Shown one piece after another: positions 28,786 through 39,240 of a stretch of DNA of 64,000 nt. The stretch is from Alphaproteobacteria bacterium. Lineage in GTDB: Bacteria; Pseudomonadota; Alphaproteobacteria; Rs-D84. The stretch's first letter is position 1, and each line of letters begins with the position of its first letter. A program made the translations under genes and the position numbers. The stretch covers positions 18,509 to 82,508 of the forward strand of contig JAGCVZ010000013.1 in the NCBI GenBank assembly GCA_017962125.1, written 5' to 3'. The notes beneath the pieces are model-generated. The model was not told the DNA's origin and ran no database searches. It saw nothing but the letters and a program-made list of their open reading frames with translations.

Positions 28786-30547
28786 TAACGAGATTTCAAA
28801 ACAATTTGATCGTCGAAGTGCCTTGTTTCTAACTGGTGGTGTTGTTCTTACATCTGTGCTTATTTTGCGAATGTTGCAAATGCAGGTTTTTAAATACAAT
28901 GATTACAAGAAAAAAAGCGAAAACAATTCATTCAGAATTCAAATAAATATGCCTGAACGCGGCAAGATTTTATCGCGCACAGGCGCCCAAATATCTTATG
29001 ATGCACCAATTTACAGACTTTATGTTATCCCCGAAGAAACAGATGATTTAGAAGGTCTTGTGAATACTGTTTCGCGTGAATTAAATCTAACCGAAAAACG
29101 CGTAAAGACGATTTGGAAACATATAAAAAAGCAACCAAAATTTCAACCAGTTCTAATTAGCGAAAATACTGATTGGAATACGCTTGCGGGAATCCAGGCG
29201 AAAAACCTTATGGGATTACATATCCAAGATGGGTATGCCCGCGTTTATGAAATGGGACCTGCGGGTGCACAAATTTTTGGTTATGTTGGTGCTCCTGAAA
29301 AACCGGTCGCAAACACGCCTTTTTATACATGTGGTGTCACAGGATTAGAAAAGGTTTTCAATGAAAATCTTGCCGGAACCCCTGGAAAAACTGTTATGAT
29401 AACGAATGCGGTTGGACGTATAACAGGCGAAGATAAAACACAATTTGAACAACCAATTACTGGGCAAAATATTCAAACGACAATTCACGAATCTGCACAG
29501 AGGGCGTTATATGATTCTTTGACACTTTATAAATCTGGTTGCGGTGTTGCATTAGATATTGAAACAGGTGATATATTAGCAATCGCATCCAGTCCAAGTT
29601 TTGATCCGAATAATTTTTCAAATGATGATGCCGAAGAATACATTGCTGGGCTACGTAACAATTTTGCAAAACCTTTTATGAATAAAGTATTTGAAGGTCT
29701 TTATCCGCCCGGGTCAACATTTAAAATTGTTGTTGCACTTGCCGGTTTAGAATCTGGTGCTATTACGCCAAACGAAACTGTTTTTTGCCCCGGGCATTGG
29801 GATTATGGTGACCGCCGATATCATTGTTGGGAACACAAAGGTCATGGAAACGTAAATGTTGTCACAGCACTTAAACATTCTTGCGATATTTACTTTTATC
29901 AAATGGCATTGCGTATCGGTATTGATGCGATAAAGCAAATGGCAATTCGTTTGGGACTAACCGAAAAATATATAGAAGACATTATTTCTAAACAAATGAC
30001 AGGTATTATTCCTGATAGAAAATGGAAAGAAACAAATATAGGCTCACGTTGGGTACATGGTGATACTGTTATTTCTGGTATAGGGCAAGGCTTTATACTT
30101 GTTAATTGCATGCAACTTGCGGTTATGATGGCGCGCGTGGTATCAAATAAAAAGGTTGTTCCACGATTTATAAAATCTAGTAAAAAACCGGTATTTGAAA
30201 ATATCGGGTTACAAAAAAAGAGCCTTGATTATGTTTTAAATGGCTTAGAAGAAGTATTGAAACCAGGAGGAACAGCATCAGGTAGTGCAATAAATGTTGA
30301 TGGCGCAAAAATGGGTGGTAAAACAGGAACATCTCAAGTACGCAGTATTTCCAAAGCGGAACGCATAACCGGTGTTTTAACAAATGAACAGCTTGAATGG
30401 CATATGCGGAATCATGGGCTATTTGTTGGATATGCACCTACAACCAATCCTAAATATGCCGTATGCGTGATTACAGAACATTCCGGATCAAGCGGTTCTG
30501 CGGCACGTAGTGTTGCCAATGTGATGAAGGAGTTATTGAAAAAATGA
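28778..30547 (+). CDS. mrdA: Penicillin-binding protein 2 (peptidoglycan D,D-transpeptidase)
   Basis: STFK active-site motif with SCD and KTGT (GGKTGTSQV) boxes. Confidence 0.9.
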   Translation: MIDNEISKQFDRRSALFLTGGVVLTSVLILRMLQMQVFKYNDYKKKSENNSFRIQINMPERGKILSRTGAQISYDAPIYRLYVIPEETDDLEGLVNTVSRELNLTEKRVKTIWKHIKKQPKFQPVLISENTDWNTLAGIQAKNLMGLHIQDGYARVYEMGPAGAQIFGYVGAPEKPVANTPFYTCGVTGLEKVFNENLAGTPGKTVMITNAVGRITGEDKTQFEQPITGQNIQTTIHESAQRALYDSLTLYKSGCGVALDIETGDILAIASSPSFDPNNFSNDDAEEYIAGLRNNFAKPFMNKVFEGLYPPGSTFKIVVALAGLESGAITPNETVFCPGHWDYGDRRYHCWEHKGHGNVNVVTALKHSCDIYFYQMALRIGIDAIKQMAIRLGLTEKYIEDIISKQMTGIIPDRKWKETNIGSRWVHGDTVISGIGQGFILVNCMQLAVMMARVVSNKKVVPRFIKSSKKPVFENIGLQKKSLDYVLNGLEEVLKPGGTASGSAINVDGAKMGGKTGTSQVRSISKAERITGVLTNEQLEWHMRNHGLFVGYAPTTNPKYAVCVITEHSGSSGSAARSVANVMKELLKK

Positions 30548-31689
30548 CAAGACAAACACGTGTTTCAAATGCAAACATGATGAGTTTTTCTGAAAAACTT
30601 AGTCGTTTTTCATGGGCAATGTTTATTCCTATGTGTCTTGTTTTAGTGTTTTCTGAACTTATTCTTTATTCTGCCGGCGGTGGTTCGTGGCAACCTTTTG
30701 CTCTGTCGCAATTTGTAAAAATAATTCTTGGGCTTTGTCTATTTTTCTTTGCTACATTTACAAATATAAAACTTTGGATAAAGTCGGCGTATGGAATCTA
30801 TGCAATCGCGACGATTTTAATTATACTTGTTACTTTTGTTGGACATACCGGTATGGGGGCTCAACGTTGGTTAAACATTGGGTTTATGCACATTCAACCA
30901 TCCGAACCATTCAAAATGGCGCTTGTTTTGGTACTTGCTCGGTATTTTGCTTGGATGAATTCTGTTGAATTAAATCAAATTAAAAATTATCTTGTTCCAG
31001 CAATTATGATGTTAATTCCATTTGGTCTTGTTGTAATACAACCAGACTTAGGAACCGCACTTTCCATTGCCATGATTACAATTGGCATGTTTTATATCGT
31101 TGGCGCAAACAAGAAATGGTTTATTATTGGTATAATTTTGGCTGTTATGGCTGCACCCGTAGTTTGGTTTGGTGGACTGCATCAATACCAACGCGAAAGA
31201 ATCATAACTTTTTTAAACCCAGACCACGATATTCAAGGTGCAGGATATCAGATAACTCAGGCAAAAATAGCCTTTGGCAGTGGTGGTATTGTTGGAAAAG
31301 GTTATATGAAAGGTTCACAATCACAACAATCTTTCTTGCCAGAAAAACAGACTGATTTTATATTTACTATGCTTGGTGAAGAATTTGGTTTTCTTGGCGC
31401 TATGACTATATTGCTGATTTATACATTCATTGTTGTTGTACTGTTCTGGGCGGCAAAAACATGTCGAAATAGGTTTGGTCAACTGGTGTGTTTTGGTTTT
31501 ATGTTGAACTTTTTCATTTATTATTTTATAAATATATCCATGGTCCTTGGGCTTCTGCCCACAGTTGGTGTACCTTTACCACTGATGTCCTTTGGCGGCA
31601 GTAGTTTATTGTCACTTATGTTCGGCTTTGGACTTTGTGAAAATGCGCACATACATAAAGATCAACAATTATCTGCAAAAGGAAACTGA
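30544..31689 (+). CDS. mrdB: Peptidoglycan glycosyltransferase RodA (SEDS family)
   Basis: 381 aa polytopic FtsW/RodA-family protein located after mrdA. Confidence 0.85.
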   Translation: MTRQTRVSNANMMSFSEKLSRFSWAMFIPMCLVLVFSELILYSAGGGSWQPFALSQFVKIILGLCLFFFATFTNIKLWIKSAYGIYAIATILIILVTFVGHTGMGAQRWLNIGFMHIQPSEPFKMALVLVLARYFAWMNSVELNQIKNYLVPAIMMLIPFGLVVIQPDLGTALSIAMITIGMFYIVGANKKWFIIGIILAVMAAPVVWFGGLHQYQRERIITFLNPDHDIQGAGYQITQAKIAFGSGGIVGKGYMKGSQSQQSFLPEKQTDFIFTMLGEEFGFLGAMTILLIYTFIVVVLFWAAKTCRNRFGQLVCFGFMLNFFIYYFINISMVLGLLPTVGVPLPLMSFGGSSLLSLMFGFGLCENAHIHKDQQLSAKGN

Positions 31690-31690
31690 T

Positions 31691-33925
31691 ATGAACTTAC
31701 TTATCGTGGAATCCCCTTCAAAAGCAAAAACAATTGAAAAATATCTTGGACGTGGATGGCGCGTTATCGCATCTGTTGGGCATGTGCGCGACCTTGTACC
31801 GGAAAATGGTAGTGTTGATACAGAACATAATTTTACTATGCGTTGGCAAATTATGCCTGGAAAAGAAAAACAAATAAAACTTATTACAGACGAAGTTAAA
31901 AAAGCCGATGCTGTTTATCTTGCATCAGATCCTGATCGCGAAGGCGAAGCGATTGCATGGCATATCTTGGATATATTAAATTCAAAAAAATTACTTGGGA
32001 AAACACCGGTTTATCGTGTTGCTTTTCATGAAATTACGAAAAATGCTGTACTTGATGCTATTAAAAATCCGCGTGAAATCGATTCAAATTTGGTTGATGC
32101 ATACCTTGTGCGAAGGGCATTAGATTACCTTATTGGATTTGAAATATCGCCATTACTTTGGCGTCGCAACCTTGGTAAATCTGCGGGGCGTGTGCAGTCT
32201 GTTGCGGTAAAATTGGTTGTTGACCGCGAACGAGAAATTGAAGATTTTATTCCACAAGAATACTGGTCTATTGGCGCAAAGTGCAATTTTAATAAAAAAT
32301 CTTTTAACGCAGGTCTTTCATATTTTAATGGCGAAAAAATTGAAAAGATGACACTTAAAAATTCGTCTGATATTGATGCGGTTTTATCAAAACTAAAAAC
32401 GCCGATATATGCCGGAATCAGCCGTATAGACAAGAAAAAAGTATCACATAAACCGTATGCACCTTTTACAACAAGCACATTACAACAAGAAGCCGCGCGT
32501 AAACTTTATTTTTCATCAAAACGCACTATGTCCGTAGCGCAAAAACTTTATGAAAACGGTTTTATTACATACATGCGAACTGATGCGACAAATTTATCGG
32601 CCGAAGCAGTTGGTGAAATTCGCAACTTTATTGCTAAAAATTATGGTGATAAATTTTTACCTGCATCACCAAATGTCTACGTAACAAAATCCAAAAACGC
32701 CCAAGAAGCGCATGAAGCAATTCGTCCAACACACTTTGATAGTGCGGCACACGAACTTGACGGCGATGAAAAGAAACTTTATGAATTAATATGGAAACGC
32801 ACAATTGCGTGCCAAATGACTAATGCAGAATTTGATTCTGTCGCAGTTGATATTTTAACTGATGATAAACTTGCAACATTTCATACTGTTGGAACAACAC
32901 GGACTTTTGACGGTTTTATGGCGGTTTATGTTGAAGATAAAGATGATAATGATGACGAAGAAAATGAAAAATTGCCGGTACTTTCTGTTGGTGACCGTAT
33001 TACAATTTCTGAAATTGAACCCGAACAGCATTTTACACAACCACCTGCAAGATATACCGAGGCATCACTTGTTAAAAAATTAGAGGAACTTGGTATCGGC
33101 CGGCCGTCAACGTATGCAACTATTATGTCAACGATTGTTGATAGAAATTATGTTGAGCAAGATAAACAACGTCGTTTTCATCCTACATCTGGCGGTTGGG
33201 TAATTGCGGCGTATTTAGCAAAGTATTTTACCGATTTGGTTGATGTGAATTTTACCGCGAAAACCGAAGATACTTTGGATGATGTGTCAAATGGAAACAC
33301 CAATAAATTGGTTGCGCTAAATGAATTCTGGGGCGATACAAAACAAATGATTTCTGGGGCGCGCGATGTTAAGACGACTGAAATTATCGATGAAATAAAC
33401 AAGTTTATGACAAAGCATATGTTCATCGATGGCAATAATAAATGCCCAAAATGTGGCGGAAGTTTGGGAATAAAACTTTCTAAATTCGGACCATTTATTG
33501 GTTGTGAAAATTATCCAACTTGCGATTACACCGCACGTATGACACCAAATGAAACGACGGAAAAAACACAAACAAAAACAGAACCAAAAGATTTAGGTAA
33601 TGGTATTTCTTTCCGCATCGGGCGCTTTGGGCCGTATGTAACAGATGGCAAGAAAAATGCGCCTGCAAAAAAATATACTGCTGATACAATTACACTGGAA
33701 ATTGCATCAGAATTACTTGCCGGCGGCAAACAAAAAGTTGAACCGGTTGAGATTGGTAAAAATCCCGCAACCGACAAGATGATTTATTTCTATCCGACTG
33801 GGCGTTATGGCGCATACATTTCAAGCAACAAAGTAAATGTTAGTGTCAAAGAACAACCTGATTTGAAAACTGCAATTGATTTGATAAATAATAAAAAAAC
33901 AACAAAACGATTTCGTAAAAAGTAA
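31691..33925 (+). CDS. topA: DNA topoisomerase I
   Basis: Toprim N-terminus MNLLIVESPSKAKTIEKYLG and C-terminal Zn-ribbon (CPKCGG...CENYPTCD). The ORF-track start at 31592 overlaps rodA and is rejected. Confidence 0.9.
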   Translation: MNLLIVESPSKAKTIEKYLGRGWRVIASVGHVRDLVPENGSVDTEHNFTMRWQIMPGKEKQIKLITDEVKKADAVYLASDPDREGEAIAWHILDILNSKKLLGKTPVYRVAFHEITKNAVLDAIKNPREIDSNLVDAYLVRRALDYLIGFEISPLLWRRNLGKSAGRVQSVAVKLVVDREREIEDFIPQEYWSIGAKCNFNKKSFNAGLSYFNGEKIEKMTLKNSSDIDAVLSKLKTPIYAGISRIDKKKVSHKPYAPFTTSTLQQEAARKLYFSSKRTMSVAQKLYENGFITYMRTDATNLSAEAVGEIRNFIAKNYGDKFLPASPNVYVTKSKNAQEAHEAIRPTHFDSAAHELDGDEKKLYELIWKRTIACQMTNAEFDSVAVDILTDDKLATFHTVGTTRTFDGFMAVYVEDKDDNDDEENEKLPVLSVGDRITISEIEPEQHFTQPPARYTEASLVKKLEELGIGRPSTYATIMSTIVDRNYVEQDKQRRFHPTSGGWVIAAYLAKYFTDLVDVNFTAKTEDTLDDVSNGNTNKLVALNEFWGDTKQMISGARDVKTTEIIDEINKFMTKHMFIDGNNKCPKCGGSLGIKLSKFGPFIGCENYPTCDYTARMTPNETTEKTQTKTEPKDLGNGISFRIGRFGPYVTDGKKNAPAKKYTADTITLEIASELLAGGKQKVEPVEIGKNPATDKMIYFYPTGRYGAYISSNKVNVSVKEQPDLKTAIDLINNKKTTKRFRKK

Positions 33926-35535
33926 TGGCAAAATACGATAATAATTTTACTGACCAATTGCGCGAACGGCTTTCAATCGTTGATGTTGTGTCGCGGCGCG
34001 TGCCACTTGTTAAAAAGGGTCAAAATTATTGGGGTTGCTGTCCGTTTCATAATGAAAAAACTCCGTCTTTTTCCGTCAATGAAGACAAAGGTTTTTTCCA
34101 TTGTTTCGGTTGTGGAAAGCATGGCGATATTATCTCGTTCACTATGGAATCAGAACATATTGATTTCAAGACGGCTATTGCAGAACTTGCGGATATGGCT
34201 GGATTAAAGTTGCCGGAATATAAACCAAAATCACAGCAACAAATTGATGCCGAAGAATCTTATATTTCTATCACAACGTCGGCGGCAAAATTGTACGCAG
34301 AAAAATTATTCACACCTGATGGCGCACATGCTTTGGAATACATTCGCGGTCGCGGGTTTAGTGATGATATGATAAAAAAATACGGCATAGGATATGCGCC
34401 CAAAAATAACATTATTTCAAATAAATTTGTAAATGTGCATCAAGATAAACTTATTGCGACCGGCCTTACGCGGCGTGGCGAATATGGTATGTATGATTTT
34501 TTTCGTGATAAATTAATGTTTCCAATTTTTAATGCGCGCGGACAGATTGTTGCTTTTTCGGGGCGTTCACTCGATGGGTCGGAACCCAAATATATCAACA
34601 CGACCGATACAGAAATGTTTCACAAAAGACAAACTTTATTCGGTTTTAATTTTGCACGCGAAGCGATTCATCGTGCAAACCGCGCAATAATTGTCGAAGG
34701 ACAAATTGATGCGATTCAAATGCAATGCCATGGTTTTGGTGAAACTGTTGCACCATTGGGGACGGCACTTACCGAAGACCATATTGCGATTTTATGTAAA
34801 GCAAATAGAAATATCATTTTTTGCTTTGACGGTGATGGAGCAGGGCAAAAAGCCGCTGCACGTGCATGTAGTATAATCATGCCGTTCTTGCGCGATAATT
34901 CAGATGTGCGTTTTGCTTTTGTGACTGGTGGAAAAGACCCAGATGAAATCTTGCGCAAAGGTGATTCTGGTGATATGAAAAAAATTATTGATTCTGCAAT
35001 TTCACTAGTTGACTTTCTGTGGAATATCGTAAATAAAAACTTTTTAACAAACACACCATCAGGAAGGACACAAGCAGAAAAATTTTTAAAAAAAGAACTT
35101 GAAAAAATAACCGATAAATTATTACGCGCAGAATATGAACATGAATATGAATCACGCAAATTTAATAATTGGCATAAATGGAAAAAAAACTCAGAAATCG
35201 TGCGTATAGATGTTCCAGAAATTGATACTATTGTTAAAAATACTGTTATTTCGATTATAAATAAATATCCGACACTTGCCGAACGGTATGGTGATTTTAT
35301 TAGTAAATTTAATCTCAATTTTTCAGAAAAAGTTGCGGATTGTGGATTGTCTTTTGATGCAGCAGAAAAATATTTAGTATCATTAAAATTGCAAAAATAT
35401 ATAGAAAGTTTGGAAAAACAAAAACGTGATTTGACTGTGCGTGGGCTTTCTGGTGAAAACGATGTAAGCGAAGAAATCCGCCGTATAGATGATGAATTGA
35501 ATAAAATGAGAGAGAAGTTTGAATTGTTAGTGTAA
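33925..35535 (+). CDS. dnaG: DNA primase
   Basis: Zinc finger CCPFHNEKTPSFSV...CFGCGKHGD plus Toprim domain. Confidence 0.9.
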   Translation: MAKYDNNFTDQLRERLSIVDVVSRRVPLVKKGQNYWGCCPFHNEKTPSFSVNEDKGFFHCFGCGKHGDIISFTMESEHIDFKTAIAELADMAGLKLPEYKPKSQQQIDAEESYISITTSAAKLYAEKLFTPDGAHALEYIRGRGFSDDMIKKYGIGYAPKNNIISNKFVNVHQDKLIATGLTRRGEYGMYDFFRDKLMFPIFNARGQIVAFSGRSLDGSEPKYINTTDTEMFHKRQTLFGFNFAREAIHRANRAIIVEGQIDAIQMQCHGFGETVAPLGTALTEDHIAILCKANRNIIFCFDGDGAGQKAAARACSIIMPFLRDNSDVRFAFVTGGKDPDEILRKGDSGDMKKIIDSAISLVDFLWNIVNKNFLTNTPSGRTQAEKFLKKELEKITDKLLRAEYEHEYESRKFNNWHKWKKNSEIVRIDVPEIDTIVKNTVISIINKYPTLAERYGDFISKFNLNFSEKVADCGLSFDAAEKYLVSLKLQKYIESLEKQKRDLTVRGLSGENDVSEEIRRIDDELNKMREKFELLV

Positions 35536-35584
35536 GTGGGTGATGACCGCGGACGGGCTGTCGCCCACTACCCACTTACACTAA
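35527..35584. repeat. Perfect 15-bp inverted repeat (TTAGTGTAAGTGGGT / ACCCACTTACACTAA) around a GC-rich 28-nt core; convergent terminator built from the genome-specific repeat
   Basis: Lies between the dnaG stop and the stop of the minus-strand gene 35581..36213. Confidence 0.7.
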
Positions 35585-36213
35585 TCACACATTTTTAACT
35601 CGCGATTATCTTCTTCTTGGTCTATGCGTTTATTACGAATTTCCTGGGCCGCATTTATTTTTTGATGTAAAAGAACTATTTCTGGATGACTTTCAATTTT
35701 CTTATAAAGTTCTTCTACAAAAGAATCTATACTTTTTATATCTGGTGTAAAAATTGGCATTACAGAATTCATAGCATTAGAAACAGAATTTTTTATATCA
35801 GGTTCCATATCTGTTAAAATTGATAGGTACGCATCTATATGTTTTTGTTCGTGTTTTAAAACTGCATTATATGAACAAGAATCTTTTTTATGAGACTTAT
35901 CAATTTTAACCAAAAAATTTTCATATCCCAACGTTGCATCTACACCATTTACAATAATACAATATCCATCATTTTCTGGGATTATATTAAAATCCATTTC
36001 ATATTTTTCAACAAAACTTGTTTCGGTTGTTCCATGTAATTTAAAAGAAAAATATTTACCACTATATTCATCCATCGGATCATCAGATAATTCTACTGTT
36101 GTTGTCCATTTTGGATTTTTTATATTTACGAAAGGTGTTTTTTTATATTGCACACAATCGTCTGCTAATACAGTAAATGGCACCAGAAGAAAAAATAAAA
36201 TTTTTTTCAACAT
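35581..36213 (-). CDS. Hypothetical secreted protein with an HExxH (HEQKH) motif, immediately downstream of virB4
   Basis: Start MLKKILFFLLVPFTVLADD (signal peptide). The stop of virB4 lies 1 nt upstream of the ATG. HEQKH is a possible zinc-metallopeptidase signature. Confidence 0.5.
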   Translation of the reverse strand: MLKKILFFLLVPFTVLADDCVQYKKTPFVNIKNPKWTTTVELSDDPMDEYSGKYFSFKLHGTTETSFVEKYEMDFNIIPENDGYCIIVNGVDATLGYENFLVKIDKSHKKDSCSYNAVLKHEQKHIDAYLSILTDMEPDIKNSVSNAMNSVMPIFTPDIKSIDSFVEELYKKIESHPEIVLLHQKINAAQEIRNKRIDQEEDNRELKMCD

Positions 36214-36214
36214 A

Positions 36215-38632
36215 TTATATATCACCTGCACCTTGTTTACGCAGGTATTCCGCAACAAACGATGAACCATATTGGCGATAAAGTTCTTCTGCAAGTAATA
36301 CAGATGAACGACCAGATTCAAATAATTTAAGTAAACTGCCTAATCCACCAAGTTCAGTATTTAAAATTACCGATTCATTATTTACAGGTCTTGATAATAA
36401 TACTGCACGTTTAAGGCTTGGATACGCTTTTCCTTGGATAAATGCCATTTCTAGCGGATTTAAATTCCAATGCTCGTAATCCGCCGCATCCGCCGCAGGA
36501 TTACGGAAAAACATAACTGTTTGTGCCTGGCCACGAACAACATCACCGATACCAAGTTTATCTAATACATTTGCACGTTGAAACGCAACCATATAAGCCT
36601 GACGATTTTTACGACCTTCTTGGAGTCCAGTAATAAAATTATCACGGAACATCTTATTTTCAAGCATTGGTGCAGTTTCATCAATCATAATAAGTGACGG
36701 ATTTCCCCCAGATACAGTTGTGTTATTTATTCGATGTAATATATAAGATATAACAGCAGGTGCAAGAGTAGAATCTTGTAAAATTTCAGTAAAATCAAAA
36801 GTCGTAAGGCGTGATTGTAAATCAAGAGTATCTGTTTCTTCATTAAATATTTCGCCGTATTGCAACGGATCAACCCACTTTTTTAATGCAGCGCGCATTT
36901 TACCATTTGATGAAAAACAACTTTCCCATAAATTTTTTAACATTCTGTCTTTATCAGATAAATAATCAAAATTTACAGATACAGCACGTGCAATTTCATC
37001 ATCAGAAATTGGATCTGATTGTTCAGAAATCATTGAAAACCAACGACGTAAAAACGCACGATTACCAACAGTATCAGGCATTTTTAAAGGGTTAAGATGC
37101 GCAAGAAAATTTGTTTCATTTTTCTCTTTACCTTGCATAGTTATATACTTCCCACCAGTTGCAAGTGTGAATATTTCAGCACCTTTATTCCTATCAAAAA
37201 AGAATGCTTTTAATTTTTTGTGACGCATTGACTGTGCAATAAGAAAAGAGAACAATGTTGTTTTACCACCACCAGTTGGTCCTATGGTAAGTGTGTGCCC
37301 CACAGCGGCAGTTTTATCTGATACATGAAATTGAAATTGATATGGTGTACCTTGGGCGGTTGGAAATATAACAAGTGGCCCGGGTCCCCAATCTGAATTA
37401 GATATTCCGCGTGGTGCCGAAGACATAGGAACTGTAATTGCCGCCGCACGTGATAACATTTTAAAAGTCCGTGGAAAAGTGTCAAAACCGGGTACGGTAG
37501 AAAACCAAGACACTTTACTAGCAAAATTTTCTTGGATTGGGGAAACACCGAATGATGCAGATATTTTTTTAAATTCATCAACATATTCTTTTAAATCTTG
37601 TTCTGATTTTGCAAAAATCATAAACAAAGGATAATAATTTACCAATGTTTGATTTCCAGAAACATTTTCATCCATAGACGATTCAGCAGTTGAAATTTGT
37701 TCTTCGGTTGAATCATTTTCTTTGGATGCAACACTGCGCCGTTGGCGCAAAACCGCTTCAACATCAGCCGCACCCATTATTTTAAAACCGTTCATACAAA
37801 TCATTTCTGTTTGAATAGTATTTACAGAATCAAAAAAATCTTCATCAAGATAATCAGGCGCAGAACGAAACGATATTAATGATGCAAAATATTCATTATT
37901 ACCACTTATATATTTAACTGTACCATTTGATAAAAATTCAACATCATCAACAGTGATATTTTCTGTAATTTTATCATCACATATCGCAGGTGATGGTTTT
38001 GTAATAGGAGAAAATATACGTCCAAAAAATTTCGCCATGTTGTTACGCGATTTATTTTCCAGTACTTGCGGTTTATATGGTGCAAGTATAGATTCAATAT
38101 AATTTCCATATTGATTTAATTTATCGCGTGCATGCGCGCCACGAACTGATAATACTATGTAATAATTATTTAAAAATATCTTTAATCCTTGTGAATGCCA
38201 TTTGTCATATATTTTCTGTAATACAGGTTGATCAAACTCATAATCTGTATTTTCACCAACTGCATCGCGCACAGTAAAAAAACGCAAAACAACACTTGGG
38301 TCATGAATCTGATTAAATAATTGTGCACGCAAATCAAGAAATTTTTCACGTTGTTCATCGGTTTGCATACTGGTTTGAACACCGGCTAAAGAATAAACAC
38401 GTATCAAACACCCATCATTTAATTCAATAGAATTATCAGTATAAACAGTTGTAAATGGTATATATTCAGCATAATGCTTATAACCAAATTTTGGAAAAAC
38501 ATGTTTTACTATTGTCGGAATATACATTAACAAAATAATAAATACAAATATAACAGCCATAACCATAATAGTTAAAGTTATAGTATTTGAAAATCCATTA
38601 CCGGCAAAATATTTAAAAAATTCAGGTATCAT
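36215..38632 (-). CDS. virB4: Type IV secretion system ATPase VirB4 (N-terminal membrane segment)
   Basis: 805 aa. Walker A IGPTGGGKTTL and CagE/TrbE/VirB4 domain organisation. TM helices are present in the first 50 aa. Confidence 0.85.
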   Translation of the reverse strand: MIPEFFKYFAGNGFSNTITLTIMVMAVIFVFIILLMYIPTIVKHVFPKFGYKHYAEYIPFTTVYTDNSIELNDGCLIRVYSLAGVQTSMQTDEQREKFLDLRAQLFNQIHDPSVVLRFFTVRDAVGENTDYEFDQPVLQKIYDKWHSQGLKIFLNNYYIVLSVRGAHARDKLNQYGNYIESILAPYKPQVLENKSRNNMAKFFGRIFSPITKPSPAICDDKITENITVDDVEFLSNGTVKYISGNNEYFASLISFRSAPDYLDEDFFDSVNTIQTEMICMNGFKIMGAADVEAVLRQRRSVASKENDSTEEQISTAESSMDENVSGNQTLVNYYPLFMIFAKSEQDLKEYVDEFKKISASFGVSPIQENFASKVSWFSTVPGFDTFPRTFKMLSRAAAITVPMSSAPRGISNSDWGPGPLVIFPTAQGTPYQFQFHVSDKTAAVGHTLTIGPTGGGKTTLFSFLIAQSMRHKKLKAFFFDRNKGAEIFTLATGGKYITMQGKEKNETNFLAHLNPLKMPDTVGNRAFLRRWFSMISEQSDPISDDEIARAVSVNFDYLSDKDRMLKNLWESCFSSNGKMRAALKKWVDPLQYGEIFNEETDTLDLQSRLTTFDFTEILQDSTLAPAVISYILHRINNTTVSGGNPSLIMIDETAPMLENKMFRDNFITGLQEGRKNRQAYMVAFQRANVLDKLGIGDVVRGQAQTVMFFRNPAADAADYEHWNLNPLEMAFIQGKAYPSLKRAVLLSRPVNNESVILNTELGGLGSLLKLFESGRSSVLLAEELYRQYGSSFVAEYLRKQGAGDI

Positions 38633-38991
38633 GCGGCCAGTCTCCGTGGAATTCTATCTTTTATCATTCTTATTTTTGCAATTAAAATTTGACCAAGTTG
38701 AGGATCGCGTCGCGAATAATGTGCTAATAACATATGAACCAAGCATACTGATATTATAAAAAATAAAGGATTTAAATAATCATTTACTTTATCACCAAGA
38801 ATAAATATACCTGCGACATACAAAATAATAAAAATAAAGAACTGAATCATAAAATTCAGCACCGCTAAAGTGTACGGCACAAAAAATAAATGTGACGGAT
38901 TCGCCAAAGCTTTTAGCACTTGTTGCTTCATTTTATGTAACATCCCCCCTATGGATGTTTTTATTATAACAATTTCAACATTTTTCAACAA
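38629..38991 (-). CDS. virB3: Type IV secretion system protein VirB3
   Basis: Small protein with a LKALANPSHLFFVPYTLAVLNF box and a TM hairpin. Overlaps virB4 by 4 nt. The true start may be the internal MLHKMKQQ. Confidence 0.6.
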   Translation of the reverse strand: MLKNVEIVIIKTSIGGMLHKMKQQVLKALANPSHLFFVPYTLAVLNFMIQFFIFIILYVAGIFILGDKVNDYLNPLFFIISVCLVHMLLAHYSRRDPQLGQILIAKIRMIKDRIPRRLAA

Positions 38992-39200
38992 GCATAAAAA
39001 ATAAAAATATAAATTTGTTAAAAATGTTAAAAACTTACTATTTTTTTAACAGTCTTTTAACAATGATTTTTTTCAACAAATTTGATAAAAACACCGGAAA
39101 AATCCTAAAAAAATGTTGAAAACTTTGTTAAAAACGATTTTTTAACATTTTCAACATCCCCAATAACAACAACAAAATAAATATATTATTTGATTTTTGC
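38992..39200. promoter_or_regulatory. Repeat-rich divergent control region between virB3 and rpmJ, with multiple TGTTAAAAA / TGTTGAAAA half-sites and a ~45-bp palindrome
   Basis: At least ten copies of TTTTAACA/TGTTAAAA-type motifs. A near-perfect palindrome ATGTTGAAAACTTTGTTAAAAACGATTTTTTAACATTTTCAACAT sits at ~39103-39150. Confidence 0.5.
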
Positions 39201-39240
39201 GAAAAACTGTTTATAATTAGCAAAGCAAAAAGGATTAGAT

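Noticed and set aside
31592-31690. N-terminal extension of topA overlapping rodA
   Set aside because: The TopA Toprim N-terminus MNLLIVESPSKAKT begins at 31691 immediately after the rodA stop. The extension has no SD and overlaps the rodA coding sequence.
38992-39200. CRISPR array suggested by many short repeats
   Set aside because: The repeats are 8-9 nt half-sites in mixed orientation with irregular spacing. There are no 25-40 nt direct repeats with unique spacers and no cas genes nearby.
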